Numbered from the stretch's first letter, positions 10,175 to 19,403 are shown. The stretch is DNA of 64,000 bases from an uncultured Candidatus Saccharibacteria bacterium (GCA_964590205.1 CAZPVO010000003.1:682-64681); one strand, 5' to 3'. The notes: a model not told the origin generated them from the letters alone. Numbers and translations: made by a program.

Positions 10175-11040
10175 AAAAGTGTTCACTGCAACTGACGCCC
10201 ATTGCGCCCACAATGGGGCACATGAGATTTGATATAGCAGAAAAAGCACCATATAGAAACTTTGACTTGCCAGTTGTACACTTACCAGAATTTGTCGAAG
10301 GGCATTATGCTCCCGACAAGCCATTCATGTCTGGTGATGAGGCGCGTGCTGAAGGTGACGAGTTCGTAACCTGGAAACCACAAGTCGCTATTGAGCAATT
10401 AATCGGCACACGAGTTGCTACCAGCAATATTCGCCTCGTTGAAAGTCCTGAAGCGCTCAAATTTAGCAGCCGCTTTATTGCAGCCAGTGGCTTGAATGCC
10501 GCCTGGTATAGTTTTGCCAGGTACCAAGAAGATGTTCAAAGGCGCGTTTTAAAGCTACCTGTTCTTGATAGTGACAATGTAGATTGGCGACCAACAAGCG
10601 CGGAGCTACACCAAACGGCTCTTGATAAGTTTGAGTATGCACAGTGGGAAGCGTTCAAAATTGCTAAAGCCTATGAAAAAGGCAAGGCAAATCTTATTGA
10701 TTTCAACCCAGCCTACGGCAGGACAATCGGCAACATTGCCCTTACACTAAGCGCTATCGATCTTGGTGATAAAGTACGCGGCAATCGCTTAGTCAGTAAC
10801 TTCTTTGCTTCGCATCTTGCACGCGAGCGGGCTAAAGATACTCTTCGTGACTCAGGCATGCTCATTAAAGAGATTAAGAGTTTTCCATCGATTGCGCAGC
10901 TCGGTAATCCAAACAGCGATCTTTCAACTTATCTGCGCCACAACGGTCCGCAAGAAAGTCGAGCAGCATTTAATGTAAGTCTGGAGGAGGCACTGGCATA
11001 TGGAACAGAAATACCAGAATTCATGGCAGCAGTCCGATAA
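10171..11040 (+). CDS. hypothetical protein, possibly third gene of the umuDC unit
   Basis: The GTG start overlaps the umuC stop (GTGA); alternative ATG starts lie at 10213 and 10222. No recognisable motif. Confidence 0.4.
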   Translation: MKKCSLQLTPIAPTMGHMRFDIAEKAPYRNFDLPVVHLPEFVEGHYAPDKPFMSGDEARAEGDEFVTWKPQVAIEQLIGTRVATSNIRLVESPEALKFSSRFIAASGLNAAWYSFARYQEDVQRRVLKLPVLDSDNVDWRPTSAELHQTALDKFEYAQWEAFKIAKAYEKGKANLIDFNPAYGRTIGNIALTLSAIDLGDKVRGNRLVSNFFASHLARERAKDTLRDSGMLIKEIKSFPSIAQLGNPNSDLSTYLRHNGPQESRAAFNVSLEEALAYGTEIPEFMAAVR

Positions 11041-11041
11041 T

Positions 11042-11710
11042 TTAGATCTGCAGCGTCTTCTCGATCAGGAAAGGTTTTCCGGCCGCGTAGTACTCGGCAA
11101 GGGTCGGCATATTTGGGAGCATCGCCTTGTCCGTAAAATCTGGCTGCTCCTGCCAATAGTAATCGGCGTAGTCGTCGTTTTGAACAAGTGTACCTTCGGC
11201 ATTTTCGCAAATCAAAAGCGAAAAGTGGGTAAAGCTTTCAAGGGAACCAGCTTCAAACACACGAAAGTATCCACCTCCTAGCACGCTGAAGGTACACCTG
11301 AGGCCTGTGATTTCTTTACAGGCCTTTTTGGCTGTTTCGATTGTGTTCTCACTAGCATTTGGCGTGGTGTGCATGAAACCAACACGGTCAATCAATGGGT
11401 GAACTTTTCGTTTGTATAGCAACCAGGCGCCGTTGGACTTGCGACGAATCACCAAAAACAGTACCGATTCGGGCTGATCGATGAGTGCTTGCGGGTTTTG
11501 TAGTACGCGAATACCAAGTCTGCGACCTTCTGGGGTTAGGCTATACAAACCATCTTCATTTTTGCTTACATAGCCGGCTTTTTCGACTTTGTGCAGATGA
11601 TAGGTGAAAAGTTTATTATCGATTGTATCAGGCTTGAGCTCTGAAAATTTTAACTCGTGGCTAAGCGCCAGGCGGTAGACAATTGATCGTTGCAGGTGAT
11701 GATCGAGCAT
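11042..11710 (-). CDS. wHTH + Nudix-like hydrolase domain protein
   Basis: N-terminal winged-helix pattern (LKFSELKPDTIDNKLFTYHLHKVEKAGYVSKNEDGLYSLTPEGRRLG) followed by a Nudix-like fold. I chose the start at M34 (11710) because the ORF upstream of it contains the tRNA terminator hairpin. Confidence 0.5.
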   Translation of the reverse strand: MLDHHLQRSIVYRLALSHELKFSELKPDTIDNKLFTYHLHKVEKAGYVSKNEDGLYSLTPEGRRLGIRVLQNPQALIDQPESVLFLVIRRKSNGAWLLYKRKVHPLIDRVGFMHTTPNASENTIETAKKACKEITGLRCTFSVLGGGYFRVFEAGSLESFTHFSLLICENAEGTLVQNDDYADYYWQEQPDFTDKAMLPNMPTLAEYYAAGKPFLIEKTLQI

Positions 11711-11839
11711 ATTACTAGTATATATAAAATCATGCAAGCTGAGAGGATTCAGCTTGCAAAAAGGAGAAGCAATGAAGATCCCGCAAAATTTTGGCCACTT
11801 GATGGGCAAATTTAAGCGGGATTGTAATTTGCTTGGACG

Positions 11840-11914
11840 TGGTGACCTCTACGGGAGTCGAACCCGTATTGCCAGGATGAGAACCTGGTGTCCTAACCAT
11901 TAGACGAAGAGGCC
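11840..11914 (-). tRNA. tRNA-Glu (anticodon CUC), CCA encoded
   Basis: The reverse complement GGCCTCTTCGTCTAATGGTTAGGACACCAGGTTCTCATCCTGGCAATACGGGTTCGACTCCCGTAGAGGTCACCA folds as a cloverleaf with a 7-bp acceptor stem. The anticodon loop is TTCTCAT and the T-loop is GGTTCGACTCC. Confidence 0.9.
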
Positions 11915-11990
11915 AGAGAACCCGAGAATCTTAGCATATTTTGCCTCTGTTTTCCACCTTACAAAAAATGCTACAATAGCCGTAAGCAAT

Positions 11991-13319
11991 ATGAAAACAT
12001 TAATTATTGTTGGTGGATCTGTTATAGCTTTTATGGGGCTGTTCCTCATTTTATTTGCCGTCATTAGCCGCGAGCACAAAAAGCCCAAAAAAAAGCACGA
12101 CGCAGGTGACATTGATCTGTCCGACAAAAACCTCGAGTCCGACATCATCCTTAACGCCATAGAAGACGGTGTGATTTTAATTGACGCCCATAATAACATC
12201 CGCGTGTTTAATCCAGCAGCATCGCGAATTATTGGCTGGCCAGCCAAAGAAGCCGTTGGGCTCGATTTTAATTTGGTCGTCAAACTGATCGACGAGAAGG
12301 GCAATGCCTACCAACCCGAAGTTAACCCTCTCGTACAGGTGTTTACGCAAAAGACAACCATCCGTGATCACAGCGCTATGTTACTCACTCGCTCAAATAA
12401 AAGAACGGCCGTAAACCTCAGTGTTTCGCCGCTGTTTGACAAGCAGGGCAATGTAAACGGCTCTGTCACCATTTTTCGCGATGTAAGCAAAGAACGGGGC
12501 GAGGAACGTCAACGAGCTGAATTCATTAGCACAGCCAGCCACGAAATGCGCACGCCGGTCGCCGCTATCGAGGGTTATTTAGCGCTGGCCATGAATGAAA
12601 AAGTTACTACCATCGATACTAAAGCGCGTGATTATTTACAAAAAGCTCATCTATCCACACAACATCTCGGACAGCTGTTCCAGGACTTATTAACGTCGGC
12701 CAAAGCAGAAGATGGCCGGCTGTCGAGTCATCCCGTCGTAATCGAAATGGGACAATTCTTGGAAAAACTGGCGGATGATTTACGGTTTACCGCCCAAAAA
12801 AAGAACCTCAGTATGGAATTTGTCATGGGCACCAACAATCAAACCATCGATGCCAGCGGCAGCCAAAGTACCAAGATGGTCAAACCACTCTATTACGTGC
12901 ATGCCGATCCTGATCGACTGCGCGAAGTTATAACTAACTTATTCGACAACGCTGTTAAGTACACCGACACTGGCAAAATTTCGTTGGGTATGACCGGCAA
13001 TAACGAAGTTGTTCAGTTCTATGTTAAAGATACCGGACCTGGCATTCCTCCAGAGGATATTTCGCACCTATTTGAAAAGTTTTACCGTGTAGACAACTCT
13101 GCCACTCGAACCATTGGCGGCACGGGTTTGGGCTTGTTTATTTCTCGCAAAATTGTTGAGCTGTACGGGGGTCGCATTTGGGTCGAAAGCGATCTAGGAA
13201 AGGGCAGTACGTTTTTTGTGAATCTGCCACGTATTACAAATCAAAAGGCATCCGAGCTGAAAGCAACAGAGGCGCAGGCTTCGCCATTATCATCTGATAC
13301 ACCTGTTGCCAGTTCGTGA
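11991..13319 (+). CDS. PAS-domain sensor histidine kinase
   Basis: N-terminal TM helix, PAS-like region, H-box SHEMRTPVAAIEGY, N-box LFDNAVKYT and G2 box GGTGLGLFISRKIVELYGG. Confidence 0.88.
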   Translation: MKTLIIVGGSVIAFMGLFLILFAVISREHKKPKKKHDAGDIDLSDKNLESDIILNAIEDGVILIDAHNNIRVFNPAASRIIGWPAKEAVGLDFNLVVKLIDEKGNAYQPEVNPLVQVFTQKTTIRDHSAMLLTRSNKRTAVNLSVSPLFDKQGNVNGSVTIFRDVSKERGEERQRAEFISTASHEMRTPVAAIEGYLALAMNEKVTTIDTKARDYLQKAHLSTQHLGQLFQDLLTSAKAEDGRLSSHPVVIEMGQFLEKLADDLRFTAQKKNLSMEFVMGTNNQTIDASGSQSTKMVKPLYYVHADPDRLREVITNLFDNAVKYTDTGKISLGMTGNNEVVQFYVKDTGPGIPPEDISHLFEKFYRVDNSATRTIGGTGLGLFISRKIVELYGGRIWVESDLGKGSTFFVNLPRITNQKASELKATEAQASPLSSDTPVASS

Positions 13320-13368
13320 TACAATAATCCATAAGAGCATAAGCATTTAGATAAGAAAAGGAACACTG

Positions 13369-14604
13369 ATGGCAAAAGTAATGCTGGTTGAGGACGACAA
13401 TAATCTCCGTGAGATTTATGAAGCTCGTCTGGCCGCAGAAGGTTATGAAATTGTAGCAGCGCAGGACGGCGAGGAGGCGTTAGCTTTGGCCGTTAAGGAG
13501 CGTCCTGATCTTATTATTGCCGATATTATGATGCCGAAGGTCAGCGGTTTTGATATGCTCGACATTTTGCGCAGCACGCCAGAAACCAAACACACCAAGA
13601 TTATTATGATGACTGCACTCAGCCAGGCCGAAGATAAAGCTCGAGCCGAAAAACTTGGTGCTGATCGCTATTTGGTTAAATCACAAGTGACCCTAGAAGA
13701 CGTTGTGAAAGTCGCCAGTGAAATGCTGAATGATCAGAGTGGCGGAAGCTCAAACGGACCTGCCGATGATTCGCCAGTGACCGATCCAGTCAGCGATGCG
13801 CCAACTATTGGTTCAAGCAACGACTCAGGCGCCGCACCAGCAGACGATAAACCTGCTGATGAACCAGTCACACCACCGCCAGCTGACGATCCTGCTGCTG
13901 CTTCCACGGCAACGCAGCAAAGTGATACGACCGCCACTGAGGAAGCCGATGTGACAAAGCAAATTGACGACTTTATAAGCAAGAACCCAACACTGTCGAC
14001 TGCTGCCACTCCACCACCTGAAACTGCTCCTGCTGAGCCCGCAGCCGCTACCGACGAGCCAGGCTTCAAAGAAGAAACAATCAGTGGTGCACCGGCCGTT
14101 AACGACGCCTCAAAATCTAAAACAATTCCAGTTACTGTTCATAGCGATGAGCCTGAAAAAAGCGATGCCGACAAAACTATGGCGAATGCTGTTGATACGC
14201 TCGCAAATGCCGGAGGTCCAACTCAGCCACCTGAAAATGCCGAAAACACATTGCCAAACCCAGCCACCGATGACGACGGCAAACCTAAACCAGCCGAAAA
14301 AAAGGGTGGTGAACGTGTTATCCAACCACTTACGGATCCGACGCAGTCTGCCGGCCCAAGTCTTGATGAATTACTAGCCCGTGAGGAAAGCAACAATGGC
14401 ATTGCGCCACCGCCAGTTAATGCTGTAATCGCCCCAGGTGGTGCTGTTACGCATAACAACACGCCGATTGATCCAGCCGCTCCAGCACAACCAGCTTTTA
14501 CCGATAGCAGCGCTGCACCAGGTGTTGTACAGGCTCCAGTCGATCCTGGCATAAACACACCGCCAACCACTCCTCCAGCTAACGCTAACAACATTAGTCT
14601 CTAG
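13369..14604 (+). CDS. response regulator receiver with ~280-aa low-complexity P/A/T/D-rich tail
   Basis: A canonical receiver (MLVEDD, DLIIADIMMPKVSGFDML, YLVKS) covers about the first 120 aa. The remainder is compositionally biased with no recognisable output domain. Confidence 0.8.
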   Translation: MAKVMLVEDDNNLREIYEARLAAEGYEIVAAQDGEEALALAVKERPDLIIADIMMPKVSGFDMLDILRSTPETKHTKIIMMTALSQAEDKARAEKLGADRYLVKSQVTLEDVVKVASEMLNDQSGGSSNGPADDSPVTDPVSDAPTIGSSNDSGAAPADDKPADEPVTPPPADDPAAASTATQQSDTTATEEADVTKQIDDFISKNPTLSTAATPPPETAPAEPAAATDEPGFKEETISGAPAVNDASKSKTIPVTVHSDEPEKSDADKTMANAVDTLANAGGPTQPPENAENTLPNPATDDDGKPKPAEKKGGERVIQPLTDPTQSAGPSLDELLAREESNNGIAPPPVNAVIAPGGAVTHNNTPIDPAAPAQPAFTDSSAAPGVVQAPVDPGINTPPTTPPANANNISL

Positions 14605-14636
14605 ACACACTAGTTAAAAGCCTCTAGTCTATTGGC

Positions 14637-15302
14637 ATGCGTTTAAACCAATTTATTGCCCATGCGACTGGCTTGTCACGTCGCAGCGCTGACAAAGCAA
14701 TTGAAGCGGGTAGTGTTGCCGTAAACGGACAACCTGCAAGTTTAGGTCAACAAGTGAGCGAAAAAGACGAAGTGACCTACAAAGGCCAACCCGTGAGTAT
14801 TGGCAAGACTGTGACGATTATGCTTAACAAACCGGTCGGCTATGTTTGCTCGCGTGACGGGCAGGGTAGCCAAACAGTTTATGATCTGTTGCCGGCCGAA
14901 TTTCAAAGCCTAAAACCGGTCGGGCGGCTCGACAAAGATTCTTCCGGGTTATTACTATTAACAAACGATGGCAAACTTGCGAACGAGCTCACACACCCGA
15001 GCTTTGCCAAAGAAAAAGTTTACGAGGTCGAGCTCAATAAAAATCTGTCCGAGACTGACCAAAAAGCTATCCAGCAGGGGGTTGAACTCGAAGATGGCAT
15101 CAGTAAACTAAAACTTACCGGCGCTGACAAACAGTGGACAGTCCGAATGAGTGAAGGACGAAACCGCCAAATCCGTCGCACGTTCGAAAAACTCGGTTAT
15201 AGAGTGGATAAACTCCACCGCACAAATTTCGGGGATTACTCGCTCTCCGGAGTATCTTCAGGTAACTTTACACAAGCAACGATTGTGTCAATTAAATCAT
15301 GA
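14637..15302 (+). CDS. pseudouridine synthase, RsuA/RluB family (S4 + PSU domains)
   Basis: S4-like N-terminus MRLNQFIAHATGLSRRSADKAI and catalytic GRLDKDSSGLLLLTNDG. Confidence 0.85.
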   Translation: MRLNQFIAHATGLSRRSADKAIEAGSVAVNGQPASLGQQVSEKDEVTYKGQPVSIGKTVTIMLNKPVGYVCSRDGQGSQTVYDLLPAEFQSLKPVGRLDKDSSGLLLLTNDGKLANELTHPSFAKEKVYEVELNKNLSETDQKAIQQGVELEDGISKLKLTGADKQWTVRMSEGRNRQIRRTFEKLGYRVDKLHRTNFGDYSLSGVSSGNFTQATIVSIKS

Positions 15303-16054
15303 GTTCTAGCCAAACGGGCTGCTTGTTCAGCTCGCTGTCTGTTCTCGCCGGTCACTCTATCAATTTCTGATTGCTCAGCTGAAAGAATAAGCTCGTGTAG
15401 TGCTTTTCGAGCACCAGCAATTCTACCATCTAACTCCTCTTGAGGGGTACGGCCTTGAAGTGCTTCTAACTCCTGTTTGGCGTCGGCAAGATCCCTTCGT
15501 ACATAACTACTGTCTTTACCGACTCTATTAGTAACTTTGATTTTGATTAAATCTTCCGGTCTATTTTTCGGCTGCCACTCATGAATTGCATTATCGACTA
15601 TCTTCATTCGAGCTAGCTCTTGCTGCAAGTGAAGTACTGTTCGTTCGAGCAAACTTACTTCGCGCTCGTAGTGTCTGGTTGCAAACTCGGTGCGATCTTC
15701 TGGCCCCATTGCATCAACCGCAGCAAGTCCATATTCAAGACTCTCGGCACTAACATTATGGTAAGTGAGTGACTTCCAGATAATTTGATCTTCATCTTGC
15801 TCAACACTAAGTTCAACAGTATGTGCATTCGCTCTTTCTGCAGTTGGGTTATACGCTAGTGTTCCTAGATGCTCAAGAATTAATTCGGCATCAACATCAA
15901 CAACGGAAGTAGAGTTGTGCATAACTTCAATTGCACCTGCCAAAACAATATCAGCAGGGGTAATCTCAGCACCGCGAGCATACGCCGTCAAGTATGGCGA
16001 GATCCAAACATCTTGCCGCTCAACTCGCTCAAAAGTTTCTGAAGTATCAGACAT
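15236..16054 (-). CDS. hypothetical acidic protein with coiled-coil C-terminal half
   Basis: Long ORF with protein-like composition and no recognisable motif. Its 3' end overlaps the pseudouridine synthase gene by 67 nt. Confidence 0.5.
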   Translation of the reverse strand: MSDTSETFERVERQDVWISPYLTAYARGAEITPADIVLAGAIEVMHNSTSVVDVDAELILEHLGTLAYNPTAERANAHTVELSVEQDEDQIIWKSLTYHNVSAESLEYGLAAVDAMGPEDRTEFATRHYEREVSLLERTVLHLQQELARMKIVDNAIHEWQPKNRPEDLIKIKVTNRVGKDSSYVRRDLADAKQELEALQGRTPQEELDGRIAGARKALHELILSAEQSEIDRVTGENRQRAEQAARLARTHDLIDTIVACVKLPEDTPESE

Positions 16055-16083
16055 GATGAAAATTGTAGCATAAAACTATTCTA

Positions 16084-16112
16084 TTGTCAATATCTTGTAC
16101 CTCTGTTATACT
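16084..16112 (+). promoter_or_regulatory. sigma70-type promoter of der (leaderless geometry)
   Basis: TTGTCA (16084-16089), 17-nt spacer, TATACT (16107-16112), then 7 nt to the ATG at 16120. Confidence 0.5.
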
Positions 16113-16119
16113 AGCTGTA

Positions 16120-17430
16120 ATGAAGAAGCTGCCAATTGTTGCAATTGTTGGACGAGCTAACGTCGGCAAGTCCAGCTTATTTAACTCCGTACTGCGGCGC
16201 CGTGAGGCTATTGTAGCTAATGAGCCGGGCACCACACGTGACAGCATTGCTGCCAAAGCTTCGTGGCAAAACCACGACTTTTGGCTGGTTGATACCGCTG
16301 GTATGAAAGACCCGGAAGACGATTTTGAATTTACGATTCAAGAGCAGATCACCCAAGCCACCGACAGCGCTGATATTATTTGGGTTGTCATCGAAGCCAA
16401 TGTGGCCATAACCGAGGAAGACCGCCGTGTCGCCAAGCTTGCACTCAAGAGTAAAAAGCCGGTTATTTTAGTTGTTAATAAAGCCGATAAAGCTCCCAAA
16501 GCAACTTCGGACGACTATCGCAATCTCGGTGTTAAAGACATTTTTATGACGACTGCCAGCCAAAACCGTGGTGTCGACGAACTGCTCGATAAGGTTGTAA
16601 CTGATATTCCAAAAGTTCAGATGCCTGAGGACGACAACCGCGTTCACATAGCAATTCTTGGCCGGCCAAATGTCGGTAAATCACATCTGTTTAATACGCT
16701 GGCTAAGAAGCAGCAGGCGATTGTGGCTGACCGCGCAGGTACAACACGCGACATCAACCGCACAATTATCAAATTCGAAGGTCAAGAAATTGAACTTATG
16801 GACACTGCCGGTATTCGCCGCAGTGGCAAAATAGAGCAGGGCGTTGAGAAGTTCAGCGTTATTCGCAGTTTGAGTGCCATTGAGCAGGCCGACGTTTGTT
16901 TGCTACTTATGGACGCCAATGAGCTTAATGTGCAGCTTGATCAAAAAATTGCCGGCATGATCAAAGAAGCAGGCAAGGGCTTGGTGCTAGTCGTTAGCAA
17001 ATGGGACAGTATTGATAAAGACGCTTTCACACGTGATCAGCTAGCCCCACAAATTCAACAAAACTTTATTTTCGTACCATGGGCACCGCTCATTTTTACG
17101 AGTTCTGTGACAGGGCAGAATGTGGCCAAACTATTTGAACTCACGCTCGAGATTATGAAACGCCGTGCACAGCGGATTTCCACACCAGAGCTCAATCGTT
17201 GGCTCAAAACCGTTATTGACGCACACCCGCCAGCTGGGCTCAAAAACTCCACACCAAAGCTGAATTACATCGCTCAGGAAAACGACAATCCAAACCCAGC
17301 TTTCAAAGTGTTTGGGTCGCACACCAAGCTGCTGCACTGGAGCTATAAACGCTTCATGGAACGCAAACTACGCGAAAAATATGACTTTGTAGGCACACCA
17401 ATCAAGTTCTGGTTCATCGAAAAACACTAG
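16120..17430 (+). CDS. der: ribosome-associated GTPase Der/EngA
   Basis: Two tandem GTPase domains (GRANVGKSSLFN...DTAG...NKAD and GRPNVGKSHLFN...DTAG...SKWD) plus a KH-like C-terminus. Start taken at MKKLPIVAIVG. Confidence 0.92.
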   Translation: MKKLPIVAIVGRANVGKSSLFNSVLRRREAIVANEPGTTRDSIAAKASWQNHDFWLVDTAGMKDPEDDFEFTIQEQITQATDSADIIWVVIEANVAITEEDRRVAKLALKSKKPVILVVNKADKAPKATSDDYRNLGVKDIFMTTASQNRGVDELLDKVVTDIPKVQMPEDDNRVHIAILGRPNVGKSHLFNTLAKKQQAIVADRAGTTRDINRTIIKFEGQEIELMDTAGIRRSGKIEQGVEKFSVIRSLSAIEQADVCLLLMDANELNVQLDQKIAGMIKEAGKGLVLVVSKWDSIDKDAFTRDQLAPQIQQNFIFVPWAPLIFTSSVTGQNVAKLFELTLEIMKRRAQRISTPELNRWLKTVIDAHPPAGLKNSTPKLNYIAQENDNPNPAFKVFGSHTKLLHWSYKRFMERKLREKYDFVGTPIKFWFIEKH

Positions 17431-17453
17431 TAATTTGCAATTCGCGCTGCGGG

Positions 17454-17828
17454 GTGTACAGTTTAGTTATGATTGCTCCATTGACAGAAGGTGAAAGCTA
17501 CCAAAGCTTTATAGAGCGACATTCTGGACAACTCGAAGAGGCTCGTAAAGATTTTGACCCTACGGATCCAATGGATCCAGAAGTTTTGAAGTTTGGCTAC
17601 TGTGCCGTGATGGGCGTAGACCCTCGACTGTTTATTGTTTACCCTGGTGCCGATCTATCTGCCGCCAAAGCCGCCTGCGACGCATGTGTCGTAACCGAAG
17701 AATGCCGTGAAAGGGCTGTTTCGCGTCCACCTGAAAAGATGCAAGATATGATGTGGGCCGGGAGTATGCCAGTTGCTATCCGACGAATTCGTCGATCAAG
17801 AGCCAGGGCTGCAAAACACGCCAGCTAG
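17454..17828 (+). CDS. WhiB-like (Wbl) Fe-S cluster transcription factor
   Basis: Cys pattern C-x28-C-x2-C-x5-C embedded in YCAVMGVDPRLFIV...AKAACDACVVTEECRERAV. It is followed by a WAG turn and the basic tail RRIRRSRARAAK. An ATG at 17469 is an alternative start. Confidence 0.75.
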   Translation: MYSLVMIAPLTEGESYQSFIERHSGQLEEARKDFDPTDPMDPEVLKFGYCAVMGVDPRLFIVYPGADLSAAKAACDACVVTEECRERAVSRPPEKMQDMMWAGSMPVAIRRIRRSRARAAKHAS

Positions 17829-17860
17829 CTTCTTGCATATAGTTTCGGTATTCTATTTGC

Positions 17861-18502
17861 ATGGGTTTGTTCGTAAAAAAGACCGAAACAGGTGCTAACG
17901 CAGCGCCACTCTATACACTTGGTTCGCAAAAAACTGTATTAATTGTTGGCCTTGGCAACATTGGCAAAGAGTTTGATGGGACCCGTCATAATATTGGTTT
18001 TTTCTCTGTTGACGCATTAGTGAAGGACCAAGGTTTTCCAGAGTGGATCGTAAAGCGCGACTTAAAATGTCACTTCACAGATCAGAACTTAGGGGACACG
18101 CGAGTTATACTCATCAAGCCAACAACTCTTATGAATAACAGCGGTCAAGCCGTCCAGGCAGTTCAGCACTTTTATAAAATCACCAACTCACAAACTCTAG
18201 TTGTTCACGATGAGCTCGATATAAACTTTGGCCAAATCCGCACACGTGTTGGCGGTAGCGACGCCGGCAACAACGGCATCAAATCCCTCATTCAGCACAT
18301 TGGTGAAGATTTCCGTCGGGTGAGGATCGGTATCAAAAACGATTTGCTACAGAAGCAAGACAGCGCCGATTTTGTGCTAGCCAAGTTTAATAAAGACGAA
18401 CAAGCAAAACTTCCCGACCTGAGCCGGGAAGTTGTAAGCATTTTAACCGAGTATGTGTTTGGCGGTGATCTCAACCACGAGACACGCTCGTTTCTGTCGT
18501 AA
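17861..18502 (+). CDS. pth: peptidyl-tRNA hydrolase
   Basis: LIVGLGNIGKEFDGTRHNIGF, VVHDELD and GGSDAGNNGIKS motifs. Confidence 0.9.
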   Translation: MGLFVKKTETGANAAPLYTLGSQKTVLIVGLGNIGKEFDGTRHNIGFFSVDALVKDQGFPEWIVKRDLKCHFTDQNLGDTRVILIKPTTLMNNSGQAVQAVQHFYKITNSQTLVVHDELDINFGQIRTRVGGSDAGNNGIKSLIQHIGEDFRRVRIGIKNDLLQKQDSADFVLAKFNKDEQAKLPDLSREVVSILTEYVFGGDLNHETRSFLS

Positions 18503-18503
18503 G

Positions 18504-19277
18504 CTACTGCTCTGAACTGTCCAAAGAAGGCACGCTTACCGGTGGCTGCCCGGCAGGGAGATCTTTAGTTGGCGATGGGGCACTAATGCTAACTTTGTCG
18601 TAGCTAAATGTAGCTGTATCTGTTCCATCGGCCGTAACCGTTTGAGTCTTGCGAAGTTGAAAGTCTTTAGTGTCAAACCAAATGTAATTGGTAGTAGATT
18701 TTTCAGCTGGATCAATAACCTGGTACTTGTAGCAAGTTAGATTGCCACAGGCTTCGGTGCCAAGCGACTTATAGGTCGTTTGTTGAGCAGCTGGCTGACT
18801 TGAATCCGGCTCTTTAAAGTCTTCTTTGGCAGCTGATGTTGATTTATCAGTGTCTTGCTGGCTCAGGGTTTGCTTCCACCATTTGCCGTCAGAGGTGTCC
18901 TTTGTGTAGGTGGTGTTGCCAATAGTGATAGTTTCCATTGCAGTCTCACCGGTCATAGTAAAGTGGTAACTGTCCGGCGCAACATACGCAATCTGCATCG
19001 TGGAAGTTTTTCCACCAGTCGTGCTCGAGCTGCTAATCGTATAATATTTAACATTCTTCCAGCTACTAATAAATTTACAGATGTTTTTATCTTCCGATTT
19101 ACAAGCCGCTTGGATTTCTTGGGCAGTAGGTCCAGATGAGTTAGAGACGCTGCTTTTAGTTTTTTGCTTGTTGTATACGTAGTAGCCGGCACCAGCAATG
19201 GCGACCAACACAACGACAATTAATACAATAATGAGCGGTGAGCTACCACGGTTATCTTTTAATAGATGTTTTCGCAT
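18504..19277 (-). CDS. hypothetical membrane-anchored extracytoplasmic protein
   Basis: Start taken at MRKHLLK. One N-terminal TM helix is followed by a Ser/Thr-rich beta-type domain. No motif recognised. Confidence 0.45.
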   Translation of the reverse strand: MRKHLLKDNRGSSPLIIVLIVVVLVAIAGAGYYVYNKQKTKSSVSNSSGPTAQEIQAACKSEDKNICKFISSWKNVKYYTISSSSTTGGKTSTMQIAYVAPDSYHFTMTGETAMETITIGNTTYTKDTSDGKWWKQTLSQQDTDKSTSAAKEDFKEPDSSQPAAQQTTYKSLGTEACGNLTCYKYQVIDPAEKSTTNYIWFDTKDFQLRKTQTVTADGTDTATFSYDKVSISAPSPTKDLPAGQPPVSVPSLDSSEQ

Positions 19278-19403
19278 GTTTGTTTTTATCCTGCTTATGT
19301 TTATACCAATAATGGTAGATCTAAGCGAATAGAGTGTCAACTAATTTGATCTGTTATCCCGCTTGTGGTATTTTGAATGTACAACTCAAAAAGGAAAAAA
19401 CTT

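Noticed and set aside
13734-14610. Five overlapping ORFs on both strands within 13.7-14.6 kb
   Set aside because: All lie within the GC-enriched, low-complexity tail of the response regulator gene. They have Ala/Gly/Ser/Val-biased shadow-frame composition.
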